Below, piece by piece: positions 48,900 through 63,194 of a stretch of DNA of 64,000 nt. The translations under genes were made by a program, and so were the position numbers. Position 1 is the first letter of the stretch; each line of letters opens with the position of its first letter. The stretch is from NCBI GenBank assembly GCA_002269645.1, contig NIVC01003669.1:19922-83921 (forward strand), in the 5' to 3' direction. Under the pieces are notes generated by a model, which saw nothing but the letters and a program-made list of their open reading frames with translations, was not told the DNA's origin and ran no database searches. This DNA is from Macrostomum lignano. Taxonomy: Eukaryota.

Positions 48900-50070
48900 C
48901 AGAGAGCACTCGTCCCTGAGAAGACCCATCAGCACTCATCCCTGAAGACACAACAGCACTCGTTCCTGAAGACCCATCAGCACTCATCCCTGAAGACACA
49001 ACAGCACTCGTCGTCACTGAAGACTTATCACCACTCGTCACTGAAGACCGATCAGCACTCATCCCGGAAGACGCATTAGCACTCATCCCGGAAGACGCTC
49101 TTCACTGAAGACACAACAGCACTCGTCACTGAAGACACAACAGTACTCGTCACTGAAGACACAACAGCACTCGTTAATGAAGACCCATCAGCACTCGTCA
49201 ATGAAGACTCATCACCACTCGTCACTGAAGACTCATCAGCACTCGTCAATGAAGACACAACAGCACTCGTCACTGAAGACACAACAGCACTCGTCACTGA
49301 AGACACAACAGCACTCGTCACTGAAGACACAACAGCACTCGTCACTGAAGACTCATCAGCACTCGTCACTGAAGACTCATCAGCACTCGTCACTGAAGAC
49401 ACAACAGCACTCGTCACTGAAGACACAACAGCACTCGTCAATGAAGACTAATCACCACTCGTTAATGAAGACTCGTCAATAAAGACCCATCAGCACTCGT
49501 CACTGAAGACTCATCAGCACTCTTCACTGAAGACTCAACAGCACTCGTCACTGAAGACACAACAGCACTCGTCACTGAAGACACAAAAGCACTCATTAAT
49601 GAAGACACAACAGTACTTGTCACTGACGACCTATCAACACTTGTCAATGAAGACACAACAGTACTCGTCACTGACGACCATCAACACTCGTCAATGAAGA
49701 CTCAACAGCATCACTGAAGACCCATCAGCACTCGTCACTGAAGACCCATCAGCACTCGTCAATGAAGACTCAACAGCATCACTGAAGACCCATCAGCACT
49801 CGTCAATGAAGACTCAACAGCATCACTGAAGACCCATCAGCACTCGTCAATGAAGACTCAACAGCATCACTGAAGACCCATCAGCACTCGTCAATGAAGA
49901 CTCAACAGCATCACTGAAGACCCATCAGCACTCGTCAATGAAGACTCAACAGCATCACTGAAGACCCATCAGCACTCGTCAATGAAGACTCAACAGCATC
50001 ACTGAAGACCCATCAGCACTCGTCAATGAAGACTCAACAGCATCACTGAAGACCCATCAGCACTCGTCAC
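48900..50070. repeat. 24-bp-based minisatellite in the GPCR intron, with a longer derived unit at ~49680-50060
   Basis: cagcactcgtcactgaagac(aca/tca/cca). Confidence 0.95.
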
Positions 50071-50097
50071 TAAAAGCAAACCAGCTCGGTCGCCAAC

Positions 50098-50313
50098 CTG
50101 CGATCGCCGAATCCTGGGCCGCAGCAGCACCAGCAAGGCGCAGAAGTTGCAGGCCAGACCGCACGGGATGAGAATCGGAGGCAAGCAGCTCCACATAGCC
50201 GAATGAAGCTGTCGCTTCCACAGCCAGTCCATCGGCCGCGGTGTCTCGCTGATGTTGCCGACTTCGATGCTGTCATTGATGCTGTTGGCTTGCTCAGATA
50301 TTTTTGACAGCAT
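50098..50313 (-). CDS. GPCR exon 1 (N-terminus with NDS/NIS sequons, TM1)
   Basis: PPILIPCGLACNFCALLVL TM1; RSQ|gttggc donor, phase 0, joins VVHLPLSVL. Confidence 0.8.
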
Positions 50314-51224
50314 CGTCCGGCTAGGATTTTAAGGCATGAGTAATTCGCAGTTAAGCACAGGCGTTCCGTAGGAAATCCGGCGTTGAAATACCCGAGAAGG
50401 ATCTGGATTCCACCCTGCAATGACCCTCGGACTAAGCTGACTGCAAATCAGAGATCCCAATTTCTACCCCCGTGTTTGGTTTATAACTGTACAGCACGTG
50501 TATCCTTGAATTGGCTGTCCGTTAACTGGAGTAGCATGATTTCCTTGTTAAAATAAATAGGAATTTGTTAAAATTGACCAAAATTTACGACTTAGTGAGT
50601 TCAACTAGCATTTTGTAAGATTAATTTTCTAAACGAAACTGTCGTGGAAGTGAGGAACCTCTGGTTCGATTCCGTGAGCGGCCCGCATTCATGTGGGGCT
50701 GGTGCACACAAAAATGGGTCGGTGGGTTGTCCGGCGATTCGCACCCATAAGGGCCAACCCCCGAAGGCACGGAGAGTGTACATGCCTGACCTACTGCATA
50801 ATACGTACTCAAAGCCTGATTGATTTACCGCTAAACTTCCCGAACCCGACAGAATAATCAATTGTGGCACAATGCTTCGCAGACTGTTTTGTACTCAAGC
50901 GCGTTTTTCTTCCCAGCCAGATTGACGAGAAAAAAAAGCAGAAATTTCTGTTAGCTCTTCCATTAGCGACACTTGGCTCCCGGGGTTGCTGCCTGCTTTG
51001 TTCAGCCTATAGGCAGCCAAATCATGATTTGCCAGTGCGCATTGCTGAGCACCGAGGTGATAAATGTGTCAATAATGGCTGTCTTTGTGGACTGGATAGG
51101 ATGGGTATTTGGGCGAGTTAAGCAAATGGTTGTAAAATAGGTTTTTTCGATGACAGATTGGGACCGGCTGCAGACTACTTTTTGCACCTCCGTGCTCTAC
51201 TAGCATGCATAGCCATTGGTATTG

Positions 51225-53230
51225 GCTAGATTAGCAATCCATTCTATTCCTTCATTGATGTAGGCTAGATTAGCAATCCATTCTATTCCTTCATTCATGT
51301 AGTCTAGATTAGCAATCCTTTCTATTCCTTCATTGATGTAGGCTAGATTAGCAATCCATTCTATTCCTTCACTGATGTAGGCTAGATTAGCAATCCATTC
51401 TATTCCTTCATTGATGTAGGCTAGATTAGCAATCCATTCTATTCCTTCATTGATGTAGGCTAGATTAGCAATCCATTCTATTCCTTCATTGATGTAGGCT
51501 AGATTAGCAATCCATTCTATTCCTTCATTGATGTAGGCTAGATTAGCAATCCATTCTATTCCTTCACTGATGTAGGCTAGATTAGCAATCCATTCTATTC
51601 CTTCATTGATGTAGGCTAGATTAGCAATCCATTCTGTTCCTTCATTGATGTAGGCTAGATTAGCAATCCATTCTATTCCTTCATTGATGTAGGCTAGATT
51701 AGCAATCCATTCTATTCCTTCATTGATGTACGCTAGATTAGCAATCCATTCTATTCCTTCATTGATGTAGGCTAGATTAGCAATCCATTCTATTCCTTCA
51801 TTGATGTAGGCTAGATTAGCAATCCATTCTATTCCTTCACTGATGTAGGCTAGATTAGCAATCCATTCTATTCCTTTATTGATGTAGGCTAGATTAGCAA
51901 TCCATTCTATTCCTTCACTGATGTAGGCTAGATTAGCAATCCATTCTATTCCTTCATTGATGTACGCTAGATTAGCAATCCATTCTATTCCTTCACTGAT
52001 GTAGGCTAGATTAGCAATCCATTCTATTCCTTCATTGATGTAGGCTAGATTAGCAATCCATTCTATTCCTTCATTGATGTAGGCTAGATTAGCAATCCAT
52101 TCTATTCCTTCATTGATGTAGGCTACATTAGCAATCCATTCTATTCCTTCACTGATGTAGGCTAGATTAGCAATCCATTCTATTCCTTCACTGATGTAGG
52201 CTAGATTATCAATCCATTCTATTCCTTCATTGATGCAGGCTAGATTAGCAATCCATTCTATTCCTTCACTGATGTAGGCTAGATTATCAATCCATTCTAT
52301 TCCTTCATTGATGTAGGCTAGATTATCAATCCATTCTATTCCTTCATTGATGTAGGCTAGATTAGCAATCCATTCTATTCCTTCACTGATGTAGGCTAGA
52401 TTAGCAATCCATTCTATTCCTTCATTGATGTAGGCTAGATTTGCAATTCATTCTATTCCTTCACTGATGTAGGCTAGATTATCAATCCATTCTATTCCTT
52501 CATTGATGTAGGCTAGATTAGCAATCCATTCTATTCCTTCACTGATGTAGGCTAGATTAGCAATCCATTCTATTCCTTCATTGATGTACGCTAGATTAGC
52601 AATCCATTCTATTCCTTCATTGATGTAGGCTAGATTAGCAATCCATTCTATTCCTTCACTGATGTAGGCTAGATTAGCAATCCATTCTATTCCTTCACTG
52701 ATGTAGGCTAGATTAGCCATCCATTCTATTCCTTCATTGATGTACGCTAGATTAGCAATCCATTCTATTCCTTCATTGATGTAGGCTAGATTAGCAATCC
52801 ATTCTATTCCTTCACTGATGTAGGCTAGATTAGCAATCCATTCTATTCCTTCATTGATGTACGCTAGATTAGCAATCCATTCTATTCCTTCATTGATGTA
52901 GGCTAGATTAGCAATCCATTCTATTCCTTCACTGATGTAGGCTAGATTAGCAATCCATTCTATTCCTTCACTGATGTAGGCTAGATTAGCAATCCATTCT
53001 ATTCCTTCATTGATGTACGCTAGATTAGCAATCCATTCTATTCCTTCATTGATGTAGGCTAGATTAGCAATCCATTCTATTCCTTCACTGATGTAGGCTA
53101 GATTAGCAATCCATTCTATTCCTTCACTGATGTAGGCTAGATTAGCAATCCATTCTATTCCTTCACTGATGTAGGCTAGATTAGCAATTCATTCTATTCC
53201 TTCATTGATGTAGGCTAGATTAGCCATCCA
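51225..53230. repeat. 39-bp minisatellite (~50 copies)
   Basis: gattagcaatccattctattccttca(t/c)tgatgtaggcta. Confidence 0.97.
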
Positions 53231-53854
53231 TTATTTTCATTAATTGATTTAACAAAGCTCATGTGATTTTGAAAACGCAGAAAAATTCCCAGCTTCAGAA
53301 TCGCCCAAGGAGGATGTTGTGCATACAAATGAGCTAATTTTATCTGTTTCCCAGGCCAGCAGCTGCAACCCCCCCCCCCAGAGACTGGCGACACAGCCTT
53401 AGATAGATGGTGTGAGAAAATATTCACAGCCTATTGGAATATTAATGCGCATCAACAGATAGCCAAGACGCGGCCCAGACTCAGCTGAGCTCAGATGGAA
53501 GCTGTAAATCACCATTTCTGTCAGCTGAACCGGGAAAACGGGGGGAGGAAGAGATGAATGGGAGAAGTAGAGAGGCATCGCCGCACCCAGCGATTATCTG
53601 AATGATGCAGTTTCTGTCCCAGAATCCGCCGGGCCGAGTCGCTAATGGGTTTCCTTTGCGCTTCACTGAAACCGAATGAAATTTGAAGACAATTAGGGAT
53701 CAGCTGCAGTGGCGTATATGGCATTCCATAGACCCAGATATTGCCCCAACGCGTAAATCCTGCTTGAAATATTTAGCAATCAATAGTTGAATTGGAGATT
53801 TTAAGAGGTAAAATTCACCTGGGTTTCAGAGAGACATTTAAATCATTAACTAGC

Positions 53855-54592
<738 letters not shown>

Positions 54593-55209
54593 CACACGGA
54601 AAGTCAGAAGCAGGGAGTGACTGGTTGAGAAATGCAGCAAGGCAGCTGCAGCATCACAAAAGAGGATGGGGAGCAAACGCAGAACTTGGAAAGAATCCCA
54701 AACAGCTGCAGGTCTGCCCAGTTGAACTGTCACGGCATACAATCTGCCTCATTTTGAGGCCTCTCTCGAAGACCTCGAATAAACATAAATTTTCCAGTGC
54801 AGAATTTCTGAGGAACAAAGAATGAGTATTGGGCAGGAGTTTGCACTTTTAGCCACTCTTAGAAATGGCAATAAGAGTTGCCAGGCAATTTAGCTGAGTA
54901 GCTTCCATCCAGCGAACGACTGTCCTCAGCTTTTTTATTTGTTCAACAAGGATTTCTTGCTGACAGATGGGCTGGGTCCTGGCGTAGGCCCGCATGTCTA
55001 CTGCAGTTGCTGGGCAAGTCTCAAGGATGGAGATGAGGTGAGCAGCCGGACACAAAGACATTGCATTGCACTTAAGCCTGATGGAGCGTCCTTGAGTTCG
55101 TCGAACTTTTCTCTCGAAAGTGAGGGAATTCGCGAGTAGTGACGGCTACCACTGGCTGAGTGACTGACTATCGGGTTGGCCCCCTGTCACTGATACTCAA
55201 ATTGAGCTG

Positions 55210-56225
55210 TCAATCAGCACAGCTATCAATCAATCAGCACAGCTATCAATCAATCAGCACAGCTATCAATCAATCAGCACAGCTAACAATCAGCACAGCT
55301 AACAATCAATCAGCACAGCTAACAATCAATCAGCACAGCTAACAATCAGCACAGCTATCAATCAGCACAGCTATCAATCAATCAGCACAGCTAACAATCA
55401 GCACAGCTAACAATCAGCACAGCTAACAATCAGCACAGCTAACAATCAGCACAGCTAACAATCAGCACAGCTAACAATCAGCACAGCTAACAATCAGCAC
55501 AGCTAACAATCAGCACAGCTAACAATCAGCACAGCTAACAATCAGCACAGCTAACAATCAGCACAGCTAACAATCAGCACAGCTAACAATCAGCACAGCT
55601 AACAATCAGCACAGCTAACAATCAGCACAGCTAACAATCAGCACAGCTAACAATCAGCACAGCTAACAATCAGCACAGCTAACAATCAGCACAGCTAACA
55701 ATCAGCACAGCTAACAATCAGCACAGCTAACAATCAGCACAGCTAACAATCAGCACAGCTAACAATCAATCAGCACAGCTAACAATCAGCACAGCTATCA
55801 ATCAATCAGCACAGCTATCAATCAGCACAGCTATCAATCAATCAGCACAGCTATCAATCAATCAGCACAGCTATCAATCAATCAGCACAGCTAACAATCA
55901 GCACAGCTATCAATCAGCACAGCTATCAATCAATCAGCACAGCTATCAATCAGCACAGCTATCAATCAATCAGCACAGCTATCAATCAATCAGCACAGCT
56001 AACAATCAGCACAGCTATCAATCAATCAGCACAGCTAACAATCAGCACAGCTATCAATCAGCACAGCTATCAATCAATCAGCACAGCTATCAATCAGCAC
56101 AGCTATCAATCAATCAGCACAGCTATCAATCAATCAGCACAGCTATCAATCAGCACAGCTATCAATCAATCAGCACAGCTATCAATCAGCACAGCTATCA
56201 ATCAATCAGCACAGCTATCAATCAG
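55210..56225. repeat. 16/20-bp minisatellite
   Basis: aatcagcacagctaac / aatcaatcagcacagctatc. Confidence 0.97.
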
Positions 56226-56619
56226 ACCTGAACACCATATTAGGTGCGTGAATGAACTAAGCAAAACTGTTAATGAATGACACTGTGAATACAGCAGTGA
56301 ACATGGCTTAGTGCTGCTCTTACCCAGTCTCAAACATAGCGATGAGTTGAACCGACAAATTTATTATTGAATTTTCGTGCGATTTGACAAAATCTTATAT
56401 CTAGAGGAAATTCCTACACACGCATTAAAGCAGGATTTCTATAGCATACAAATATAGATGGGATAACTCTCCTTAGTAATTCCTAAGTGAAGCTGAAATT
56501 TTAATGGCTTAAGCAATTTAAAGTGATTTTAGTTGCAAAGAAAAAATTGTCTTCGTTCAAACTACTATTAGTAGAGTACATGACATTTACGTCCACTCGA
56601 TTTTCTTAGAAATGAAATA

Positions 56620-56830
56620 GGGGTTGTAGCCTAGTGGTTAGTCGTGGGGCGTCGGAATCACGACTTAAAGCTTGGGGGTTCGATTCTCGATCCCACTGGA
56701 ACAATTTGTATCCTTGAGCAAGACAATTACATGTAGCTCTGCAGTGCTTCCCAGCTATAAAATTGGTGCGCTTAGCATTCTCTCGAGAATGCGCAGGGTT
56801 TCGGGCCATAGACTGGGTTTCGCTCTTTTT
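56620..56830 (+). mobile_element. tRNA-derived SINE with CORE-like body
   Basis: A box TAGCCTAGTGG, B box GGTTCGATTC, then TCCTTGAGCAAGACA...CCCAGCTATAAAATTGG. Confidence 0.65.
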
Positions 56831-57118
56831 AGATCATCGCCGGAAAATTAACGAAATTACCGAAAAATTAACCATAGACTATTGATTGATTCTTTACCAT
56901 GCCTTTTCAAAGTGCATCTGACAGAGCAGAAGAGTTGACTAGAAATCCGTCAACAATCATAGTTCATACAAAAGGGTACAATAACGACATGGACAGATTT
57001 TTCCAATTTAAAATCCATTTAGACAACACAACTTTATTTTGAGCATTGCGGCTCTCAAAAATCAATTAGTTTTTCAATTCTTTTTCTTAACACACTTGCT
57101 TCATTCATTTGCAATTTG

Positions 57119-57405
57119 GAGTCCAGAGTGCCAGACATTGCAAGAATTTAGTGCTTTCTGAGTCCAGAGTGCCAGACATTGCAAGAATTTAGTGCTTTCT
57201 GAGTCCAGAGTGCCAGACATTGCAAGAATTTAGTGCTTTCTGAGTCCAGAGTGCCAGACATTGCAAGAATTTAGTGCTTTCTGAGTCCAGAGTACCAGAC
57301 ATTGCAAGAATTGAGTGCTTTCTGAGTCCAGAGTGCCAGACATTGCAAGAATCGAGTGCTTTCTGAGTCTAGAGTGCCAGACATTGCAAGAATTGAGTGC
57401 TTTCT
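57119..57405. repeat. 41-bp unit x7
   Basis: gagtccagagtgccagacattgcaagaatttagtgctttct. Confidence 0.95.
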
Positions 57406-58081
57406 GCAGCGCAAGCATTCCTCGTTTAATCCTCAACAGCTGATCAAATACGGTTCGAAGTTGATCAGATTTTCCAATCAGAGCCCTGTCCACGCGCCTC
57501 CCAGTAACAGAGCTACTCCAGCTGTCTCACAACATTTTTTTCGCTTAAACTCCAAAAACACTACACGGCTAACCTTTGCTTCTTTGTTGGAGAAGCAGAA
57601 CTAAAACAAAAATACAGTATCTTTCTACATCACTTGAGCTCAATGTGCTCAAGGGTCAACGGAATGGACATGAATGCTTGCCTCCGATCTCGGTCTGCGA
57701 GTCAACTCTCTACTTGACAACTCCATGACAGGTGGTCATGGACACTCATTAGTTAATCAAATCGCTTGCCTGCCTGTTAAGATTTAAGAGAGTAATAAAA
57801 CTAAAATGCCTGTCTGAGAAAGTTCCATTGAAACTTTATTCAGCTGAATAAAAGTACAATTCAGCATAGAGACAAAATATTACGTCTCATCGGTACCAGT
57901 GCACAAGTAGCAGGTGTACAGCGTGTTGTATAGCTTTATTGCGCTTTGAATCCTAAGACCCAGCTTGCAGGTGAAAGACCAACTTCTGCACGACATATAC
58001 AGTATTAGTGACAATATTGGGCATTGAGGACCGGGTAGTGCGAATCTGTAATATACTGTGAGAGTGCTCTGTTAGTATGAT

Positions 58082-58149
58082 GGACAGACAGACAGACAGA
58101 CAGACGAACAGACACTAAGACAGACACTAAGACAGACAGACAGACAGAC

Positions 58150-58212
<63 letters not shown>

Positions 58213-58215
58213 CTA

Positions 58216-58260
<45 letters not shown>

Positions 58261-58379
58261 CTAAGACAGACAGACACTAAGACAGACAGACACTAAGACA
58301 GACAGACACTAAGACAGACAGACACTAAGACAGACAGACACAGACGGACAGACAGACAGACAGACACAGACAGGCACAT

Positions 58380-58434
<55 letters not shown>

Positions 58435-58527
58435 CAGACAGGCACATACAGACAGACAGACACAGACAGGCACATACAGACAGACAGACACAGACACACA
58501 GACAGACAGACAGACAGACACAGACAC

Positions 58528-58588
<61 letters not shown>

Positions 58589-58613
58589 CAGACAGACAGA
58601 CAGACACAGACAT

Positions 58614-58680
<67 letters not shown>

Positions 58681-58700
58681 CAGACAGACAGACAGACAGA
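58082..58700. repeat. (GACA)n with GACACTAA and GGCACATA variants
   Basis: direct reading. Confidence 0.95.
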
Positions 58701-58759
58701 CTGGCAGCCCCACGGCTACCCCGCCCAGACTCAGGCCAGGCTGCGCTCTCTCAGTCGTC

Positions 58760-59059
58760 TCAGACCGCGGTTGACGCCGCTGCCGGGGGCGCCTGCACGG
58801 GCAGGAAGGCGTCGCACCTGCGGCAGTACTCGTACTCGTCCTCGCTCCAGATCACCTCCACTTCGCTCAGGTCGCCAGTCGAGACGGCGGAGGCTCCGCC
58901 GCGGCGACTCTCGGCGGGATCAGCGGCCCGGACGAATAGTTCTACTCGGCCGTTGCTGAGGCAACAGAGGAATGCGGCGTAGACTAAAGCGAGGCCGACC
59001 AGGAGGCAAGCGGCGAGGGCGAGGATTCTGTCGCCGGGGAACAGATGCCAGTCGGACAT
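58760..59059 (-). CDS. Small single-pass membrane protein (99 aa), unknown
   Basis: gccATG; hydrophobic [23 protein letters not shown]; GC-rich island between repeats. Confidence 0.55.
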   Translation of the reverse strand: MSDWHLFPGDRILALAACLLVGLALVYAAFLCCLSNGRVELFVRAADPAESRRGGASAVSTGDLSEVEVIWSEDEYEYCRRCDAFLPVQAPPAAASTAV

Positions 59060-59249
59060 GGCTCTTCGATTGACTGATCCGCTTTGCTGCTTTGTCTATT
59101 GCAGAGGTGACTTAATTATGAATCCAGACTGTCATAGTAAATCCGACTAGACTGTCCTGCATATACAGGATGAGGTCGAGACTTTGGCGAATCAGAGAAG
59201 CTCAATCACCGGGGGGATGGTTTTATTGGATGCGGAGCTCAAATGAGCG

Positions 59250-61100
59250 ACTGGCTAAATGACTGAACTCAGTGACTGGCTGAATGGCTGAACTCAGTGA
59301 CTGGCTGAATGGCTAAACTCAGTGACTGGCTGAATGGCTGAACTCAGTGACTGGCTGAATGGCTGAACTCAGTGACTGGCTAAATGGCTGAACTCAGTGA
59401 CTGGCTGAATGGCTAAACTCAGTGACTGGCTGAATGGCTGAACTCAGTGACTGGCTGAATGGCTGAACTCAGTGACTGGCTAAATGGCTGAACTCAGTGA
59501 CTGGCTAAATGGCTGAACTCAGTGACTGAATGGCTGAATGGCTGAACTCAGTGACTGGCTAAATGGCTGAACTCAGTGACTGAATGGCTGAACTCAGTGA
59601 CTGGCTGAATGGCTGAACTGTGACTGGCTGAATGGTTGAACTCAATGACTGGCTGAATGGCTGAACTCAGCGACTGGCTGAATGGCTGAACTCAGTGACT
59701 GGCTGAATGGCTGAACTCAGTGACTGGCTAAATGGCTGAAATCAGTGACTGGCTGAATGGCTGAACTCAATGACTGGCTGAATGGCTGAACTCAGTGACT
59801 GATTGGCTAAATGGCTGAACTCAGTGACTGACCGGCTGAATGGCTGAACTCAGTGACTGGCTGAATGGCTGCACTCAGTGACTGGCTGAATGGCTGAACT
59901 CAATGACTGGCTGAATGGCTGAACTCAGTGACTGGCTAAATGGCTGAACTCAGTGACTGGCTGAATGGCTGAACTCAATGACTGGCTGAATGGCTGAACT
60001 CAGTGACTGGCTAAATGGCTGAACTCAGTGACTGATTGGCTAAATGGCTGAACTCAGTGACTGGCTAAATGGCTGAACTCAGTGACTGATTGGCTGAATG
60101 GCTGAACTCAGTGACTGGCTGAATGGCTGAACTGTGACTGGCTGAATGGCTGAACTCAGTGACTGGCTGAATGGCTGAACTGTGACTGGCTGAATGGCTG
60201 AACTCAGTGACTGGCTGAATGGCTGAACTCAGTGACTGGCTGAATGGCTGAACTCAGTGACTGGCTAAATGGCTGAACTCAATGACTGGCTAAATGGCTG
60301 AACTCAGTGACTGATTGGCTAAATGGCTGAACTCAGTGACTGGCTAAATGGCTGAACTCAGTGACTGGCTAAATGGCTGAACTCAGTGACTGATTGGCTA
60401 AATGGCTGAACTCAGTGACTGGCTGAATGGCTGAACTCAATGACTGGCTGAATGGCTGAACTGTGACTGGCTGAATGGCTGAACTCAATGACTGGCTGAA
60501 TGGCTGAACTCAGTGACTGGCTGAATGGCTGAACTCAGTGACTGGCTGAATGGCTGTACTCAGTGACTGGCTGAATGGCTGAACTCAGTGACTGGCTAAA
60601 TGGCTGAACTCAGTGACTGAATGGCTAAATGGCTGAACTCAGTGACTGGCTGAATGGCTGAACTCAGTGACTGGCTAAATGGCTGAACTCAGTGACTGAT
60701 TGGCTAAATGGCTGAACTCAGTGACTGGCTAAATGGCTGAACTCAGTGACTGGCTAAATGGCTGAACTCAATGACTGGCTGAATGGCTGAACTGTGACTG
60801 GCTGAATGGCTGAACTCAATGACTGGCTAAATGACTGAACTCAGTGACTGGCTGAATGGCTGAACTCAGTGACTGGCTGAATAGCTGAACTCAGTGACTG
60901 GCTAAATGGCTGACTCAGTGACTGGCTGAATGGCTGACTCAGTGACTGACTGGCTGAATGGCTGAACTCAGTGACTGACTGGCTGAACTCAGTGACTGAC
61001 TGGCTGAATGGCTGAACTCAGTGACTGACTGGCTGAATGGCTGAACTCAGTGACTGGCTAAATGATTGAATTCATTGACTGACTCAGTGCCTGACTAAAC
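59250..61100. repeat. 25-bp minisatellite
   Basis: ctggctgaatggctgaactcagtga. Confidence 0.97.
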
Positions 61101-62719
61101 AGTCGCAGTGTTGTATGATGCCAATTTTTAAAATTGTGCGTTAATTGAAACCGTAAATAAAATAGCAAAAAGTGAAATCCCAGGCCTTGGTGGATAATTT
61201 ACGGGCCTCACAAACATGATGACCATTGACCCAAACTGGCGATACCATAGCAACTACAATCGGTTGTATTCAGGCGATAAATAAGCAGAATCTAGCGCGT
61301 ATGTTAATATGAATTTAGTAAATTGTTATATTAAATATTAATTAATAATTCAAATAACATAAGGCCAGAAACGCACGCGCAAAAATGCAGGCATATAGAA
61401 AGCCAACCAAATAGAAAAAAATTTTTTGGAGGCCAAAGCTAAGAAACAGATTACAACTGTATTATATAAGAGATACGTGTGTTTACAAGAAAACAAAGAA
61501 TATGCAGCATTTATGAACAGAAGCTATTTAAATATAAGGACGCAATAACTAGGACAGAGGCACCGCGAATTTCAGAAGGGCAAGCTGCAATATGACAAGC
61601 ACAATGGCAGGGGTCATGACTTGCGCATTTCATTTGTATTTGGCCGTTATTTAAGGCCATGGGTCATAAAAATCATGAGGTCATTTAAGGTCACGGGGTA
61701 AAAGTGATGTGACCATTAAAGGTCAAGGGGTCAAGGAGGCCATTTAGTCACGGGGTCAAATGTCATAGGTTATAAAAGGTCATTTAAGGTCACGGTTGAT
61801 AAAAAATTCGGGGGCATTTAAGGTTAAGGGTCATTAAAGGTCGCGAGGCCTTTTAAGGTCACTAGGTCATTTAAGGTCATTAGGCTATTTAAGGTGATCA
61901 CGCCACTGAGGTTATTAAGCTTTTCAACGTCATATGACCTTTATAGGCCTGAGGACTTTAGTTTAAGGCCCCAAAACTAGGCTACTCAAGGTCACAAACA
62001 GATTTTTAAGGTCAAGAGAAAAATTCAAATACAAGGTCATTAGGATGAGTAGAGCCTGCCACTAGAAATTGAGATTCTAAAAAAATAATAATAACTTTAA
62101 TCTAATCTAAACGCTAACCGCCCGTTGCATACATAAAAAAACATTGACAGAAAATCGATAAGTTAAAATTTAACTTAATTTTAAGATATGTCGATACACG
62201 TACTACATGTACTACTTATAAAAAGCCAATAAGATAGCAGAACTATTTGTAAGACACAATATTATTAGCTTACTAAATACAGTAAAGTACACAAAATGTA
62301 CGCTAAAATCTGTACACTAGGCGGTATTGTATGAAGCAGGGTTGGGAACAAACTACGCGCGCAAAAGCAGACAGGTAAAGGCAATAAATTTACTTTCAGT
62401 GATGAGAGAAGAAGTGACTAGCAGTTAAGATATAAGTTTAGTAGTATATAACCGCAAAGAGAAATCACAGTGCCAAACAGAACAGGGGCTGGAGCTTCAA
62501 TATCCTTCGCATGAATTCCACATTTAGTAGGGACTTCTAGGACTAGAGACTTAGCTAGTTAAGCTTATTTGCACGGGGGCTGTGGACAAAGCAAAGCAGC
62601 AAATCAACTCGACAGTTCGCTGATCAGCAGCCATCGACGAGGCTAGCAGTAATGGTCAATCAGCAGATCCCGGACAACGGACACAGGTGTGTACGCAGGG
62701 GAGTACAATTCACTCCCGA

Positions 62720-62955
62720 TGATTTAGTTTAGGGTTTAGGTTGCTAGAGCTAGGCTTTAGGTTGTTAGGGTAAGGTTTTAGGTTAAGTTCATAGTTTATG
62801 TTAGGTTTGAGGCTTAGGTTAGGGTTTAGGTTAGGTATAGGATTAAATTTGGGTTAAGGGTTTAGGTTAGGTTTAGGATTTAGGTTAGGTTTAGGTTAGG
62901 TTTAGGGTTTAGATTAGATTTAGGGTTAGGTTAAGGGTTTAGATTAGGGTTAGAG
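62720..62955 (+). repeat. Degenerate telomere-like TTAGG/TTAGGG/TTTAGG tract
   Basis: direct reading. Confidence 0.8.
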
Positions 62956-63194
62956 TGGGCAGTTAATAACGCAGACAGGCACTCGCGCTGGTCCAGAGTC
63001 TATATAGCGGCCCTGACTCTTTTTAGATTCAGCCAGTATACTTACTGTACGCGACAAGCTCCATAGTAGAATCTGCAGCAGCAGATATCCATAGTTCCAG
63101 CTACTAATAGTAGTGCAATATGTACAGTCCAAAATAAAACAGCATCGACATGAAAATCCGAATTTAAACGCTATTAAAAGATTTTTTAAAACAT

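Noticed and set aside
54849-55130. Minus-strand peptide HLISILETCPA..MR, faintly like a LINE C-terminal zinc knuckle
   Set aside because: Cys/His spacing does not fit well and there is no adjacent RT sequence.
56620-56700. Possible tRNA gene
   Set aside because: It does not fold into a clean cloverleaf and is followed by a SINE-type body; called as a SINE instead.
61600-62050. Degenerate ggtca-ttaaggtca low-complexity region
   Set aside because: Real but too decayed to define a unit or boundaries; no further structure found.
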